Source: Anaeramoeba ignava BMAN (Eukaryota; Protista; Anaeramoebae). From it: DNA of 64,000 nt. The notes under the pieces are model-generated. The model had not been told where the DNA came from. It saw only the letters and a program-made list of their open reading frames with translations, and made no database searches. Below, piece after piece: positions 9,963 to 30,621 of this stretch. Position 1 is the stretch's first letter, and the number at the start of each line of letters is the position of its first letter. The position numbers and the translations under genes are program-made. The DNA lies in NCBI GenBank assembly GCA_028826165.1, contig JAPDFW010000114.1, positions 496,001-560,000 of the forward strand, read 5' to 3'.

Positions 9963-12900
9963 TTAATTTAAAAAGTGGAATAGTTGTTTGTGTCTTGAAA
10001 GTTCCTTTTTGGAAAAAGCTCGATAATGACAAGAATTTACTGGACATTTAAAATGCGGTAAATTTCTCACAGAAGAAAAAGAAGATTTAATTGCTTGATA
10101 AGAAGGAATATTTTGATTTGGATTTTCAAGAGTTTCCAAATAGGTTTTGTATCTTCCTTGAAATGATAAAGAAGGAGTTGGTTGGAAAAAAAGAGAGTCA
10201 TTTTGACTGAAAAAATTATCAATCTCTCCCGTTTTTAATGGGGATTTTCTACAATGAAAACATAATGGATTTTGGCATTTTTTATAAGTTATCATGTTTG
10301 AAGTTCTTGATAAATGCTGGAAAAGAAAGGTAAATTCTTCCCGAATTTTTTGGAAACTTTTGTTGGCTTGATTTTCGGGAATGTTTGAAGAAAATAGAAA
10401 TAAACGCACAAGTTGATCATCGTTATATTCTTGTGCGCTTGGTTCTGATGAGCTCCATTCAAAAGAAAGCGAAAAACCAGGGAAGTTTTTTTTGTTGTTC
10501 AGAAATTGCTCCAAATTTTTACTGTCATCATCATCATCTTGATTTTGGAAATTGTCTTGGAAATTATGAACAAAATTCTCTTGTAGATAATTTTGGTTGT
10601 GTAAGTTATCTTGGAAATTATTTGCGAAGTTATCTTGGAAATTATTTGCAAAATTGTCTTGGAAATTATTTACAAAGTTATTGTGTAAATCATCATTCAA
10701 ATTCTGTTCTTGCAATTTTTGATGTTCTCCTTGCAAATGTCTTTCCAGTTCTTGGTTTGTTTCTAATTCTAAGAGTGATTTGTTCTGGTTCATGATTGGT
10801 GGACTAATTGGAGAAGATGGAAAAGATTTCGGACAAAATTCAACATTTTGCAATTTTTCTCTCAATAAATTTTCAATAAATAAAACTGGAGAAGGAACAA
10901 TTTTCTGAGCAAAAAAATTCCTTTCGTTTTGGCGTGATTTGCTTACAAAATTGCATCCAATTCGTGTTGTTGAAGAATCGGGTCCATAAGAAGCAACATT
11001 CAAAACATCCAAATCAAGATCTCTCCAAAGACGACCATAATAGAGCATTGCGAATAAAGAATTCGGATCAAGATCTGCATTTCCAGAATCAACAATAAAG
11101 GTATAAACTGACTTCTTGTTTTTGCTCTTTAAAATTTTGATTGTGTCGTTGATGTGAGTTTGGGCGGAAATTGAATCTAGATGAGTGTATCTCCCGAAAA
11201 GAAAAACTTCCGAAATATTTTGTGGTTTGAAATGCTTTCTTTTCAATGAATCAAGACAAAGCTCTGTCTGGGTTTGCTGCGAAGACAAGAAAACGGCTCC
11301 AGTGAAACAAATCTGCTCTTGTGGAAATGGGTCTTGTTTGTGTTCGTCATTTGAATTGAAATAATTTTCAAGACCAAATTGTGGATCAAATGGAGAAGTT
11401 TTCCCGCAATAAAGAAGCGGGATTTGTGTCAGAAACACAAGCTCTGCAGAATCATGGAAATGCGATGTAAATTCGAGTAAATATTGCACTTGTGTGTGAT
11501 TGTATGTGAAATTTCTGTGAATATTAATATTCCCATTTGCTTCAATTAAGCTCAAATATTCATTGGCATCCAACTTGTCAAGAAAAGTTTCCAAAACATA
11601 TTTTGGGTCAGTGTGATAATCGTTGATTTTATACATTGAAGACTGTTTGTATGTTTGTGAGTCTTGAGGATTTGTTCTTGGTCGTTGATAATCCTCGACA
11701 CTCTGCTGATCTTGGAATATGCTGGTTTCTTCTCGATTCAAATTTGTGAAAAGATTTCTGAATTGAAAATCATCTTCCATTTCTTCATGTAAAACATCCG
11801 TATTTTCGGAGTTAAAAATATGGCTTTCTTTGGCTCCAAAATCCAAACTCGACACAAAACTATCAGTTTCATCTTCAGGTAAGTCTTCACGATGAGGGAG
11901 CTTTGCATCTTTAAAAATGACATTGTAAATTCCGCGAAGATGAAAAGGTTGCTTTTCGATCCAAGGTTTTCTTTGGATTCGAAGATTCTTTGAAGGGATA
12001 ATATCAATAATTCGTGCGCCAAATAACTCCAGATATCCTGGAGATTTTTGTGAATTTTGTTCTTTATTTTCGGGATTTGAAATCTTATTGATAATATAAT
12101 CCTGTGTGCTAATTGAATCACTTAAATGCAAAATTTCATGCAGTAGTTGTTCGTTGAGTTGATGAATATTGAAAAAGAGTATTCTGTCGTTTTTTTTCAC
12201 TTCAAAAACACAGCATTGTCTCATTATTTGCAATTCGACTGAGCTCATAAGATATTTGGGCACCTTGAATTTTTCCATTATGTACGATAAGCTCAAAGCT
12301 TCCAAATTTTTCATTTCACTTACAAATTGACACATTTTCTGGTTTGAAAGAGGTGTAAGATCCACTCCTGTTGATATTGAGTGAATAATTCTTGATTCCA
12401 CAAAATCCCAATAATTGGAATTTAATCCAGAGATTTTGATATTTGATACTATTTTTGGAATTAATTCTGGAATTAAATTTGTTTGTTTTGGCTCAATAGC
12501 AATTGTATTTTCTCCATGAAACTTGTTTGTGCGTAAATCAAACAGTGAATTTTGTGAGTGTGTTTCTCGATGAATAGTGAATGATTCAGTTTCCGGAATT
12601 TGAGCAGAAAATGGTGACTCAAATGAGTGAAGATTATCGAGATGACTAATTGGTTGTTGTGTTTGTTCTACAACCTCTTTGAAATGGTTGGTTTGTTTAT
12701 TAAATTCATTAATCGGGAAGATTTCTGGGAATTCTAAGTGATTTTCCAAAGAGAATAATTTTTCATTATGATTATTTGGGAAAAACTTTAGAGATGTTGA
12801 AATTTCTAATGGATTGTTTTCTTCTAGAATTTGATTTTGGATTTGATTTTGGATTTGATTTTGGATTTGATTTTTAATTTGATTTTGATTTTCGTTTTGA

Positions 12901-14234
12901 TTTTCTTTTTGAATATTTTGATTTTGAATATTTTGATTTTGAATATTTTGAATACTTTGAATATCGTTTTGAATATTTTGAATATTTTGAATACTTTCAT
13001 TTTGATTTTGAATAAGATTGTTCAAATGATCAAATTTTTCAATTAAATCTTTTGGTTTTTCAGCAAATATAGAACTTTCAAGATTTTCTAAATTTGAGGT
13101 AATTGTGAATTGGTTCATAATGGAAAGATCTTCATTCATTAGTTCATTTATTGTTGTTGATTGATTATTTTCAAATCCAATATCAACAGGAACTGTAACA
13201 GTTTTTGGATCATTACTATTTTGGGATTCTTCATTGTTTTCAGATTCTTGAATTTCTTGAATATCTTCTATAATACGTATTTTGTGATGAAGTCGTTTTG
13301 ATTCATCGATATGTTGTGTTGTTTTTTTACGATGTAAACTTTTCAAGCTTCTTTTTCTTTCATTTTTCTTTTGAATTGTATTTTTCTGGATATTTTTACG
13401 ACTTCTAGTATTTTTTTTGGCAGATTTTTCTTGATGAATAGCCGCTCTTTGTCGGTAAATTCTTTTACGAAGTCTTTTTTTGGCAGCTAAGATAGTATCA
13501 ATAAATTCTTTCATTGCTTTTGTAGCCTCGTGCATAAAGTTATCATAATTTTGATTTTGATTTTTTTCGATTTCATTTTTTTGAAATTGAAATTCGAATT
13601 GATTTTCAATATTTTCAATATTTTCAATATTTTCAATATGATTTTGATTTTGATTTTGATTTTGATTTTGATTTTGATTTTCTTGATTTTCTTGATTTTC
13701 TTGATTTTCTTGTTTTTCTTGATTTTCTTGATTTTCTTGATTTTCTTTTTTTTCTTGATTTTTAAATAAATTCTCAAGATAATTTTCAACAATTTTCTTT
13801 TGATTTTCAACTTGATTTAAACTTTGAGATAAAACAGTTTTACGTAAAGGAGCTCTTTTAAGATTTGATTGGTATTCATTACGCAATTTCAAAAAGCTAT
13901 GCCATTGTTCAGAAGATTGTCTAAGAGTTTCAAAAAAAGTTGAATGAGAAGCAAATTGTTGGATATTTATATTACAAGAAAAAGAAGCAAGAAATTCATT
14001 CAAAAGTGTATTTTGGTCTTTTTTTTGTGTGTTGTTTGGTTTTTCCATTTTTGGACTGTTCTTTTCTATATAATTTTTAACAAATATTGTGTCATGTTTA
14101 ACTTCATTCCATTTTTTTTGCGCTTGTTCAAAAATTTCTCCCCTTGTTCCGTTTTGATGATTTTGATAAAAGAAACAATTCACAAATGTTTCGTATAAGT
14201 TTCTTGGTTGTCGATAAATATAAGTTTTTGACAT
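9963..14234 (-). CDS. 1423-aa protein with a degenerate Zator/TP36-like transposase domain, N-terminal helical domain and C-terminal Cys cluster plus C2H2 zinc finger; probably a domesticated transposase
   Basis: Intact intronless ORF starting at ATG 14234 (MSKTYIY). It carries SISAQTHIND..YTFIVDSGNADLDPNS..YYGRLWRDLDLDVLNVASYGPDSS, KCQNPLCFHC, FFQPTPS..GRYKTYLE and CPVNSC..ELSRHKQLFH, which resemble Zator-type transposase blocks as I recall them. Confidence 0.6.
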   Translation of the reverse strand: MSKTYIYRQPRNLYETFVNCFFYQNHQNGTRGEIFEQAQKKWNEVKHDTIFVKNYIEKNSPKMEKPNNTQKKDQNTLLNEFLASFSCNINIQQFASHSTFFETLRQSSEQWHSFLKLRNEYQSNLKRAPLRKTVLSQSLNQVENQKKIVENYLENLFKNQEKKENQENQENQEKQENQENQENQENQNQNQNQNQNQNHIENIENIENIENQFEFQFQKNEIEKNQNQNYDNFMHEATKAMKEFIDTILAAKKRLRKRIYRQRAAIHQEKSAKKNTRSRKNIQKNTIQKKNERKRSLKSLHRKKTTQHIDESKRLHHKIRIIEDIQEIQESENNEESQNSNDPKTVTVPVDIGFENNQSTTINELMNEDLSIMNQFTITSNLENLESSIFAEKPKDLIEKFDHLNNLIQNQNESIQNIQNIQNDIQSIQNIQNQNIQNQNIQKENQNENQNQIKNQIQNQIQNQIQNQILEENNPLEISTSLKFFPNNHNEKLFSLENHLEFPEIFPINEFNKQTNHFKEVVEQTQQPISHLDNLHSFESPFSAQIPETESFTIHRETHSQNSLFDLRTNKFHGENTIAIEPKQTNLIPELIPKIVSNIKISGLNSNYWDFVESRIIHSISTGVDLTPLSNQKMCQFVSEMKNLEALSLSYIMEKFKVPKYLMSSVELQIMRQCCVFEVKKNDRILFFNIHQLNEQLLHEILHLSDSISTQDYIINKISNPENKEQNSQKSPGYLELFGARIIDIIPSKNLRIQRKPWIEKQPFHLRGIYNVIFKDAKLPHREDLPEDETDSFVSSLDFGAKESHIFNSENTDVLHEEMEDDFQFRNLFTNLNREETSIFQDQQSVEDYQRPRTNPQDSQTYKQSSMYKINDYHTDPKYVLETFLDKLDANEYLSLIEANGNINIHRNFTYNHTQVQYLLEFTSHFHDSAELVFLTQIPLLYCGKTSPFDPQFGLENYFNSNDEHKQDPFPQEQICFTGAVFLSSQQTQTELCLDSLKRKHFKPQNISEVFLFGRYTHLDSISAQTHINDTIKILKSKNKKSVYTFIVDSGNADLDPNSLFAMLYYGRLWRDLDLDVLNVASYGPDSSTTRIGCNFVSKSRQNERNFFAQKIVPSPVLFIENLLREKLQNVEFCPKSFPSSPISPPIMNQNKSLLELETNQELERHLQGEHQKLQEQNLNDDLHNNFVNNFQDNFANNFQDNFANNFQDNLHNQNYLQENFVHNFQDNFQNQDDDDDSKNLEQFLNNKKNFPGFSLSFEWSSSEPSAQEYNDDQLVRLFLFSSNIPENQANKSFQKIREEFTFLFQHLSRTSNMITYKKCQNPLCFHCRKSPLKTGEIDNFFSQNDSLFFQPTPSLSFQGRYKTYLETLENPNQNIPSYQAIKSSFSSVRNLPHFKCPVNSCHYRAFSKKELSRHKQLFHFLN

Positions 14235-14354
14235 TTTAAGTTTTAAAAACAAACTAAAAAAAAAATGAAAAAAAAAAATGAAAAAAAAATGAAAAAAAAT
14301 TTTTTTTAATGTTGTGTTTTTTTTCTTTTTTTTTTTTAACATTTCAAAAAAAAA

Positions 14355-14800
14355 AGAATAAAAATCAAAATCAAAAAACAAAAACAAATTCAAATTCAAA
14401 ATCATTAAAATCATTAAATTCAAAATCAAATTCAAATTCTAGAATTAAAATCAAAATCAAAATCAAATTCAAAATCAAAATCAAAATCAAATTCAAAATC
14501 AAAATCAAATTCAAAATCAAAATCAAAATCAAAATAAAAATTAAAATCAAAATTAAAATTAAAATCAAAATCAAAATCAAAATCAAAATCAAAATCAAAA
14601 TCAAAATTAAAATCAAAATCAAAATCAAAATCAAAATCAAATTCAAAATCAAAACCAAAATCAAAATCAAAATCAAAATCAAAATTAAAATCAAAATTAA
14701 AATCAAAATCAAAATCAAAATCAAAATCAAAATCAAAATCAAAATCAAAATTAAAATTCTGTTTATTTACAAATAAGATCAAAATCAAAATTAAAAATTA
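14355..14800. repeat. (AAAATC)n microsatellite between the divergent transposase-like and MOB1 genes
   Basis: Hexamer array visible directly. Confidence 0.9.
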
Positions 14801-14811
14801 AAAAATTAAAA

Positions 14812-14847
14812 TTCATTTTTTTTTTCATTTTTTTTCATTTTTTTTTT
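14812..14847 (+). promoter_or_regulatory. Tandem TTCATTTT initiator-like elements upstream of MOB1
   Basis: Three copies 15-50 nt before ATG 14860. Reverse-strand copies at 14261-14298 serve the divergent gene. Confidence 0.55.
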
Positions 14848-14859
14848 AATATTTAAATT

Positions 14860-16585
14860 ATGAGTTTTTTTAGCAAAACAAAAACTTTTAAACCTCAAAG
14901 AAAAATTAAAGAAGGAACAAAACAATATGAATTAAAGAAATTTGCAGATGCAACTCTTGGAAGTGGAAATTTAAAATTAGCAGTTATGCTTCCAGAAGGA
15001 GAAGATTTACATGAATGGTTAGCAGTTAATAGTAATTTATTATTTCTCAATTTTTTTTTAATATTCTTTTAAATTAAAATTAAAATTATAATTAAAATTT
15101 TTTGTTGGAATTTTGTTGGAATTTAATTTTGATTTAAAATTAAAATTGAAATTCATTTATAAAATTATAATTAAAATTAAAATTAAAATTAAAATTAAAA
15201 TTACAATTAAAATTAAAATTAAAATTATAATTAAAATTAAAATTATATTTAAAATTAAAATTAAAATTAAAATTAAAATTATAATTAAAATTAAAATTTA
15301 AATTAAAATTAAAATTAAAATTAAAATTAAAATTATAATTAAAATTAAAATTATAATTATAATTAAAATTAAAATTAAAATTGAAATTCATTTATAAAAT
15401 TAAAATTATAATTATATTTATTATTAAAATTATAATTAAAATTATAATTAAAATTAAAATTAAAATTAAAATTAAAATTATAATTAAAATTATAATTAAA
15501 ATTCATTTATAAAATTATAATTAAAATTAAAAATTCAAATTATTATTAAAAATTATAATTAAAATTAAAATTGAAATTCATTTATAAAATTAAAATTATA
15601 ATTATATTTATTATTAAAATTAAAATTAAAATTAAAATTAAAATTAAAATTAAAATTAAAATTAAAATTAAAATTAAAATTAAAATTAAAATTCAAATTA
15701 AAATTAAAATTAAAATTAAAATTAAAATTAAAATTAAAATTAAAATTAAAATTAAAATTAAAATTAAAATTTAAATTATATTTAAAATTAAAATTAAAAT
15801 TAAAATTAAAATTAAAAAATTAAAATTAAAATTAAAATTAAAATTAAAATTAAAATTAAAATTAAAATTTAAATTATATTTAAAATTAAAATTACAAATA
15901 ATTAGCTGTCGATTTTTTTAATCAAATTAATATGCTCTATGGAACTATTACTGAATATTGTACAGAACAATCATGTCCAGTAATGTCTGCAGGTCCTAAA
16001 TATGAATATCATTGGGCAGATGAACAACAAAAAAAACCACAAAAATTATCAGCACCTGATTATATTAATAGATTAATGAATTGGGTTCAAGATCTTCTTG
16101 ATAATGAAAACATTTTTCCATCTAGAATGGGTATTTCCAATTCATTCCAAATTTCATAATTAATTTTATAAATGAATTTTATAAATAAATTTTATAAATT
16201 AATTTTATAAATAAATTTTATAAATTAATTTCATAAATGAATTTTATAAATTAATTTCAATTTGTTTAGGTTATTCTTTTCCAAAAAATTTTACAACAGT
16301 TGTTAAAACAATTTTCAAAAGATTATTTCGTGTTTATGCACATATGTATCATCATCATTTCCAAGATATTACAAAACTTGGAGAAGAAGCTCATTTAAAC
16401 ACTTCTTTCAAACATTTTATGTATTTCGTTCGAGAATTCAAGTAAATAAATAAAAAGAAAAAAGAGAAAAATTATTTTTTTGGATTAAAATTTATTTCTT
16501 TTGTTTAAATAGATTAATCAAAAAAAATGAATTAGTTCCACTCAGAGAATTAATTCATAAATTACTCGATGATAAAAAGAAATAA
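14860..16585 (+). CDS. MOB1: MOB1 kinase activator, 213 aa; exons 14860-15031, 15906-16130, 16270-16441, 16513-16585
   Basis: The spliced product reads [94 protein letters not shown]. All junctions are GT-AG and frame-consistent (642 nt). Confidence 0.96.
15070..15895. repeat. (AAAATT)n satellite filling MOB1 intron 1 (intron 15032-15905)
   Basis: Hexamer array bounded by GTAATT...ATTAG. Confidence 0.9.
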
Positions 16586-16834
16586 TCAACAAACAATTCC
16601 AAAAAATAAGAACATCAATTGAAATTGAAATTGAAATTTTTTTTTTTGAAATTTTTGGATTTTTTTCTCTTCTTTATTTTTTTTTAGCCAACAATAATTT
16701 TCCAAAACAAATCCAATCATTTTTTCAATTATTTCTTTTCTTCTTTTCTTTTTTCTTTATTTTTAAAAATTTTTTTTTTTCCAAATTTAAATTTCATTTT
16801 TTTCCCTTTTTTTTTTTTTTAAATTAATTTTAAA

Positions 16835-17671
16835 ATGGATTCAATTCAAGAAGAAATTCAACAACTTCAAAATGAAATTTTAATTAAATCAAAACAAAAT
16901 GAACAAATAAATTATTTAAATCATGATTTAACAAGAGGATTAATTGAATTAGAAATACTTCTTCAAAATTCAATTGAAAAAATTGAACAATTTTCAAAAA
17001 TTGAAGAAAAAAAAGAAATTAAAAATGAAAATACAAAAACTCAAGAAATTATAATTAATGAAAAAGAAGAAAGAAAAAAACCTCAAAAAACATCAAGTTT
17101 TATTCAATCATTATTAAATCCAACACCAAGAACACATAAAACACAAAATGAAAATCAACCAAGATCAAAAACTACTTTAAAAGATAGAATTAAACAAGAA
17201 ATATTAAATCAAAAAATGGGGAAAAAAAAGGAAGATTCTGAAGAAGTTATCCAAAAATCCAAATCCAAATCAAAACTGAAAACAAATAAAAATCAAAATC
17301 AAAATCAAAATCAAAATCAAAATCAAAATCAAAATCAAAATCAAAATCAAAATCAAAATCAAAATCAAAATCAAAATCAAAATCAAAATCAAAATTCTGA
17401 AAAAAATGAATTAATTATCCAAAATCTTATTTCTCGTTTACAAAATAAATTTAAACAAAATACTTCTTTTAATTCTTCTCAAATTGAAAATTCTGATTTA
17501 GAAAAAGAAATGAACCAAATTAAACTTGAACTTGATCAACAAATTTTAGAAATTACTCAAGAAATTGAAAATCAACCTCAAACTGATGAAATTATTGATT
17601 TTCAAGAAGATGAATCTGATTTTGATGATGAAATTTTATCATCAACAAGTCAAGAAAGTGATAAAAATTAA
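16835..17671 (+). CDS. Hypothetical coiled-coil protein with poly-NQ tract, 278 aa
   Basis: Open ORF with host-like codon usage, heptad-like N- and C-terminal helices and an upstream TTTCATTTT. No family recognised. Confidence 0.7.
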   Translation: MDSIQEEIQQLQNEILIKSKQNEQINYLNHDLTRGLIELEILLQNSIEKIEQFSKIEEKKEIKNENTKTQEIIINEKEERKKPQKTSSFIQSLLNPTPRTHKTQNENQPRSKTTLKDRIKQEILNQKMGKKKEDSEEVIQKSKSKSKLKTNKNQNQNQNQNQNQNQNQNQNQNQNQNQNQNQNQNQNSEKNELIIQNLISRLQNKFKQNTSFNSSQIENSDLEKEMNQIKLELDQQILEITQEIENQPQTDEIIDFQEDESDFDDEILSSTSQESDKN

Positions 17672-17955
17672 CAAAAATAAGAAAATAAAAAAAACAAAAA
17701 GAAAGAAAAAAATTAAAAAATTTTATTTTTGTTGAATTGTTTTTTCTATTTATTTCTTATCCCAAAATCAAATGAAAAATGGAAAATTTAAAAAAAAAAA
17801 GAAAGAGATTTAATTATTATTATTATTATTATGATTAAAATTTGATTAAATTTTTTTTTAACTGATTTTTGAACTTTTAAAAAAAAAAAACTTTTTATTT
17901 TGAGAAACTGATTTGAAATTGATGATTTCTTGTTTTTAGAAAAATTTGTTTGAAT

Positions 17956-20018
17956 TTATTTTTCTTGATTCTCATCATCTTTTTTTTCGTCTTGTTTTTC
18001 AACTTCGTCTTGTTTTTCTTCTTGCATTTGGTTATCCTTTTCTTGTTCATCAACTTTTTCATCAACTTTTTCATCAACTTTTTCATCAACTTTTTCATCA
18101 ACTTTTTCTTTCTTTGTTTCTTTTTCAACTTCTTCTTTTTCATCTTCATCTTCATCATCTTCAACTTCATCTTCGTCTTCATCTTCATGAATATTATAAT
18201 AACGAAGTTGATAAGTTTTCTTATTTGTTGCAACAGGTCTTAACCAATCTCGAATTTGAAGTTTTTTGAAATATTTTTTGGTGAGATATTTCAAGTAACT
18301 TTTACGGAAAGGAAGTTGAACTTTAACTTCAATGATGTTTTGTTTTTTAACAGTTAAAACGACATGTTTTCCGAGCATTCCTGCTTTTCCTTTAACTTTG
18401 ATTTTGCTTTGTAAATATTTGACCTAATAATTTTATTTTTATTAATTTTAATATTTTTAATATTTTTAATATTTTTAATATTTTTAATATTTTTAATATT
18501 TTTAATATTTTTAATATTTTTAATATTTAATTACAAATTCAGCGGTGTCAATAACTCCATCTTCTGCTGGTTTATTACAATCAATAATAAATGTTGTTGT
18601 TCCAGTTGGTCCTTTTTTGGCAAATCTTCTTTTAAAGATTGCTTGCATTTTGTTTTTTCTTCTGATTTGTCTACGTCTAACTCTTCTTGCAATTCTCTAT
18701 AAATTATTTTAATTTATTTAATCAATATTTAATTTATATTTAATATTTAATTTATATTTAATTTATATTTAATTTATATTTAATTTATATTTAATTTATA
18801 TTTAATTATATTTTATATTTAATTGTATTTAATTAATATTTAAATTGTTTTTAATTATTTTTAATTTATATTTAATTTATATTTAATTAATATTTAATTG
18901 TGTTTAATTTGTATTTAATTTATATTTAATTTATATTTATATATTTAATTAATATTTAATTTATATTTAATTTATATTTAATTTATATTTATTTTATATT
19001 TAATTTATATTTATTTTATATTTAATTAATATTTAATTAATATTTAATTAATATTTATTTTGTATTTAATTGTGTTTAATTTATATTTAATTTATATTTA
19101 ATTTATATTTAATTTATATTTAATTTGTATTTAATTTATATTTAATTATATTTTATATTTAATTAATATTTAATCAATATTTAATTTATATTTAATTTTT
19201 TAATTTAATTTATATTTAATTTATATTTAATTTATATTTAATTTGTATTTAATATTTAATTTATATTTAATTTATATTTATTTTATATTTAATTAATATT
19301 TAATTAATATTTAATTAATATTTATTTTGTATTTAATTGTATTTAATTTATATTTATTTAATTTATATTTAATTTATATTTAATTTATATTTAATTGTAT
19401 TTTAATTTTATATTTATATATATTTATATATTTAATTAATATTTAATTAATATTTAATTTATATTTAATATTTAATTAATATTTAATTTATATTTAATTA
19501 ATATTTAATTAATATTTAATTTATATTTAATTAATATTTAATTTATATTTAATTTATATTTAATTAATATTTAATTTATATTTAATTTGTATTTAATTTA
19601 TATTTAATTTATATTTAATTAATATTTAATATTTAATTTATATTTAATTTTAATTATATTTATATTTAATTTATATTTAATTTATATTTAATTTATATTT
19701 AATTTATATTTAATTTATATTTAATTTATATTTAATTTATATTTATATGTGTTTAATTGTATTTAATTTATATTTTATATTTAATTTATATTTAATTTGT
19801 ATTTAATTTATATTTAATTTGTATTTAATTTATATTTAATTTATATTTAATTTGTATTTAATTTATATTTAATTTATATTTAATTTATATTTAATTTATA
19901 TTTAATTAATATTTAATTTGTATTTAATTGTTAAATTGTGTTTAATTATGTTTTCTGGTATTTATTTATGTTTAGAATCGATTAATAAACATACAATTCC
20001 AATTCTTGTACGATCCAT
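17956..20018 (-). CDS. RPL22: 60S ribosomal protein eL22 with basic N-terminal and acidic C-terminal extensions, 217 aa; exons 20018-19995, 18696-18535, 18423-17956
   Basis: The spliced product contains FIIDCNKPAEDGVIDTAEFVKYLQSKIKVKGKAGMLG..PFRKSYLKYLTKKYFKK..IRDWLRPVATNKKTYQLRYYNI. Junctions are GT-AG and in frame (654 nt). Confidence 0.93.
18720..19930. repeat. 11-bp (ATTTAATTTAT)n satellite filling RPL22 intron 1 (intron 18697-19994)
   Basis: Tandem array with variants, visible directly. Confidence 0.9.
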
Positions 20019-20253
20019 AATAAAATGTAAAAGGAAAATGAAAAAGAAAAAAAATGAAAAAAAAAAAAAATTTTTTTTTTAATTTTTTATTTATTTATTT
20101 ATTTTAAATAAAAAGACGAAAAAAAAAAATAAATTTATTTTTCTCCTTTTAAAATTTAAAATTTAAAATTTAAATATATTATATTTTCAAAAATTAAAAA
20201 TAAGAAAAAAAAAAATAATTTTAAATAAAAAAATTTAAATTTAAAAAATTAAA

Positions 20254-20325
20254 GTCGGCGTAGCTCAGTGGTAGAGCATTCGACTGCAGATCGAGAGGTC
20301 ACCGGTTCAAATCCGGTCGCTGACT
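20254..20325 (+). tRNA. tRNA-Cys (GCA)
   Basis: Acceptor stem GTCGGCG/CGCTGAC, D arm TAGCTCAGTGGTAGAGC, anticodon arm TTCGA-CTGCAGA-TCGAG, T arm ACCGG-TTCAAAT-CCGGT and U73 discriminator. A poly-T Pol III terminator follows immediately. Confidence 0.97.
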
Positions 20326-20594
20326 TTTTTTTTTATTGTTTTTTTTTTTTTTTTTATTTTTTTATTATTTTTTAAAATTTAATTTAAATTAATTTAATCG
20401 TTTTATAGTTTTATTTCTTTTCCCAATTTTGTTGAAAAAAAAATCTTCTTTTGCTTTTTTTTTTTTAATTTTTTTTTTTGATTGGAAAAATATCTGTTTA
20501 AATCATTTTCTTAAAAGAAAAAAAGAAGAAAGAAAGAAGAAAGAAGAAGGGAAATTATTTTTTTTCCTTCTTCTTTTTTCTTAACATCTTTAAG

Positions 20595-27229
<6,635 letters not shown>

Positions 27230-27549
27230 TATTCTTTTATTCTTTTATTCTTTATTCTTTTTTTTTTTTTTTTTTTATTATTTAAAAAGAAGGAAAACAA
27301 GAGAAAAGATTGTGAGAAAAAAAGAAAGAAAAAAATGAAATATTTAAATTTGATAAAAAAATTTTTTTTAATTAAAAAATAAATAAAAAATAAAAAATAA
27401 AAAAAAGAAGAAAAAAAGGGGAAATGATGTGTAAGATTTTTTATTTCTTCTTTTATTTCTTTTTATGTTTATTTCTTTTTATGTTTCTTCTTTTGTTCTT
27501 CTTTTTTTTTTTTTGATTATTTTTGATGAAAAAAAAAAAAAAAAAATTT

Positions 27550-30465
<2,916 letters not shown>

Positions 30466-30621
30466 AAAAAAATTGAAAAAAATGAAAAAAATGAAAAGAA
30501 AAAAAAATTTTTTTTTTGATTTGATCTTTTGTTTTCTGGCAATTTTTTTAATCATTTAAAAAATAATTTTTTTTCTTTTCATTCTTTTCATTCTTCTTTT
30601 CTTTTTTTTTTTTTAAAACAA

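Noticed and set aside
9783-14860. Intact autonomous DNA transposon around the Zator-like ORF
   Set aside because: No terminal inverted repeats or target-site duplication are visible, and two of the three putative catalytic residues appear substituted.
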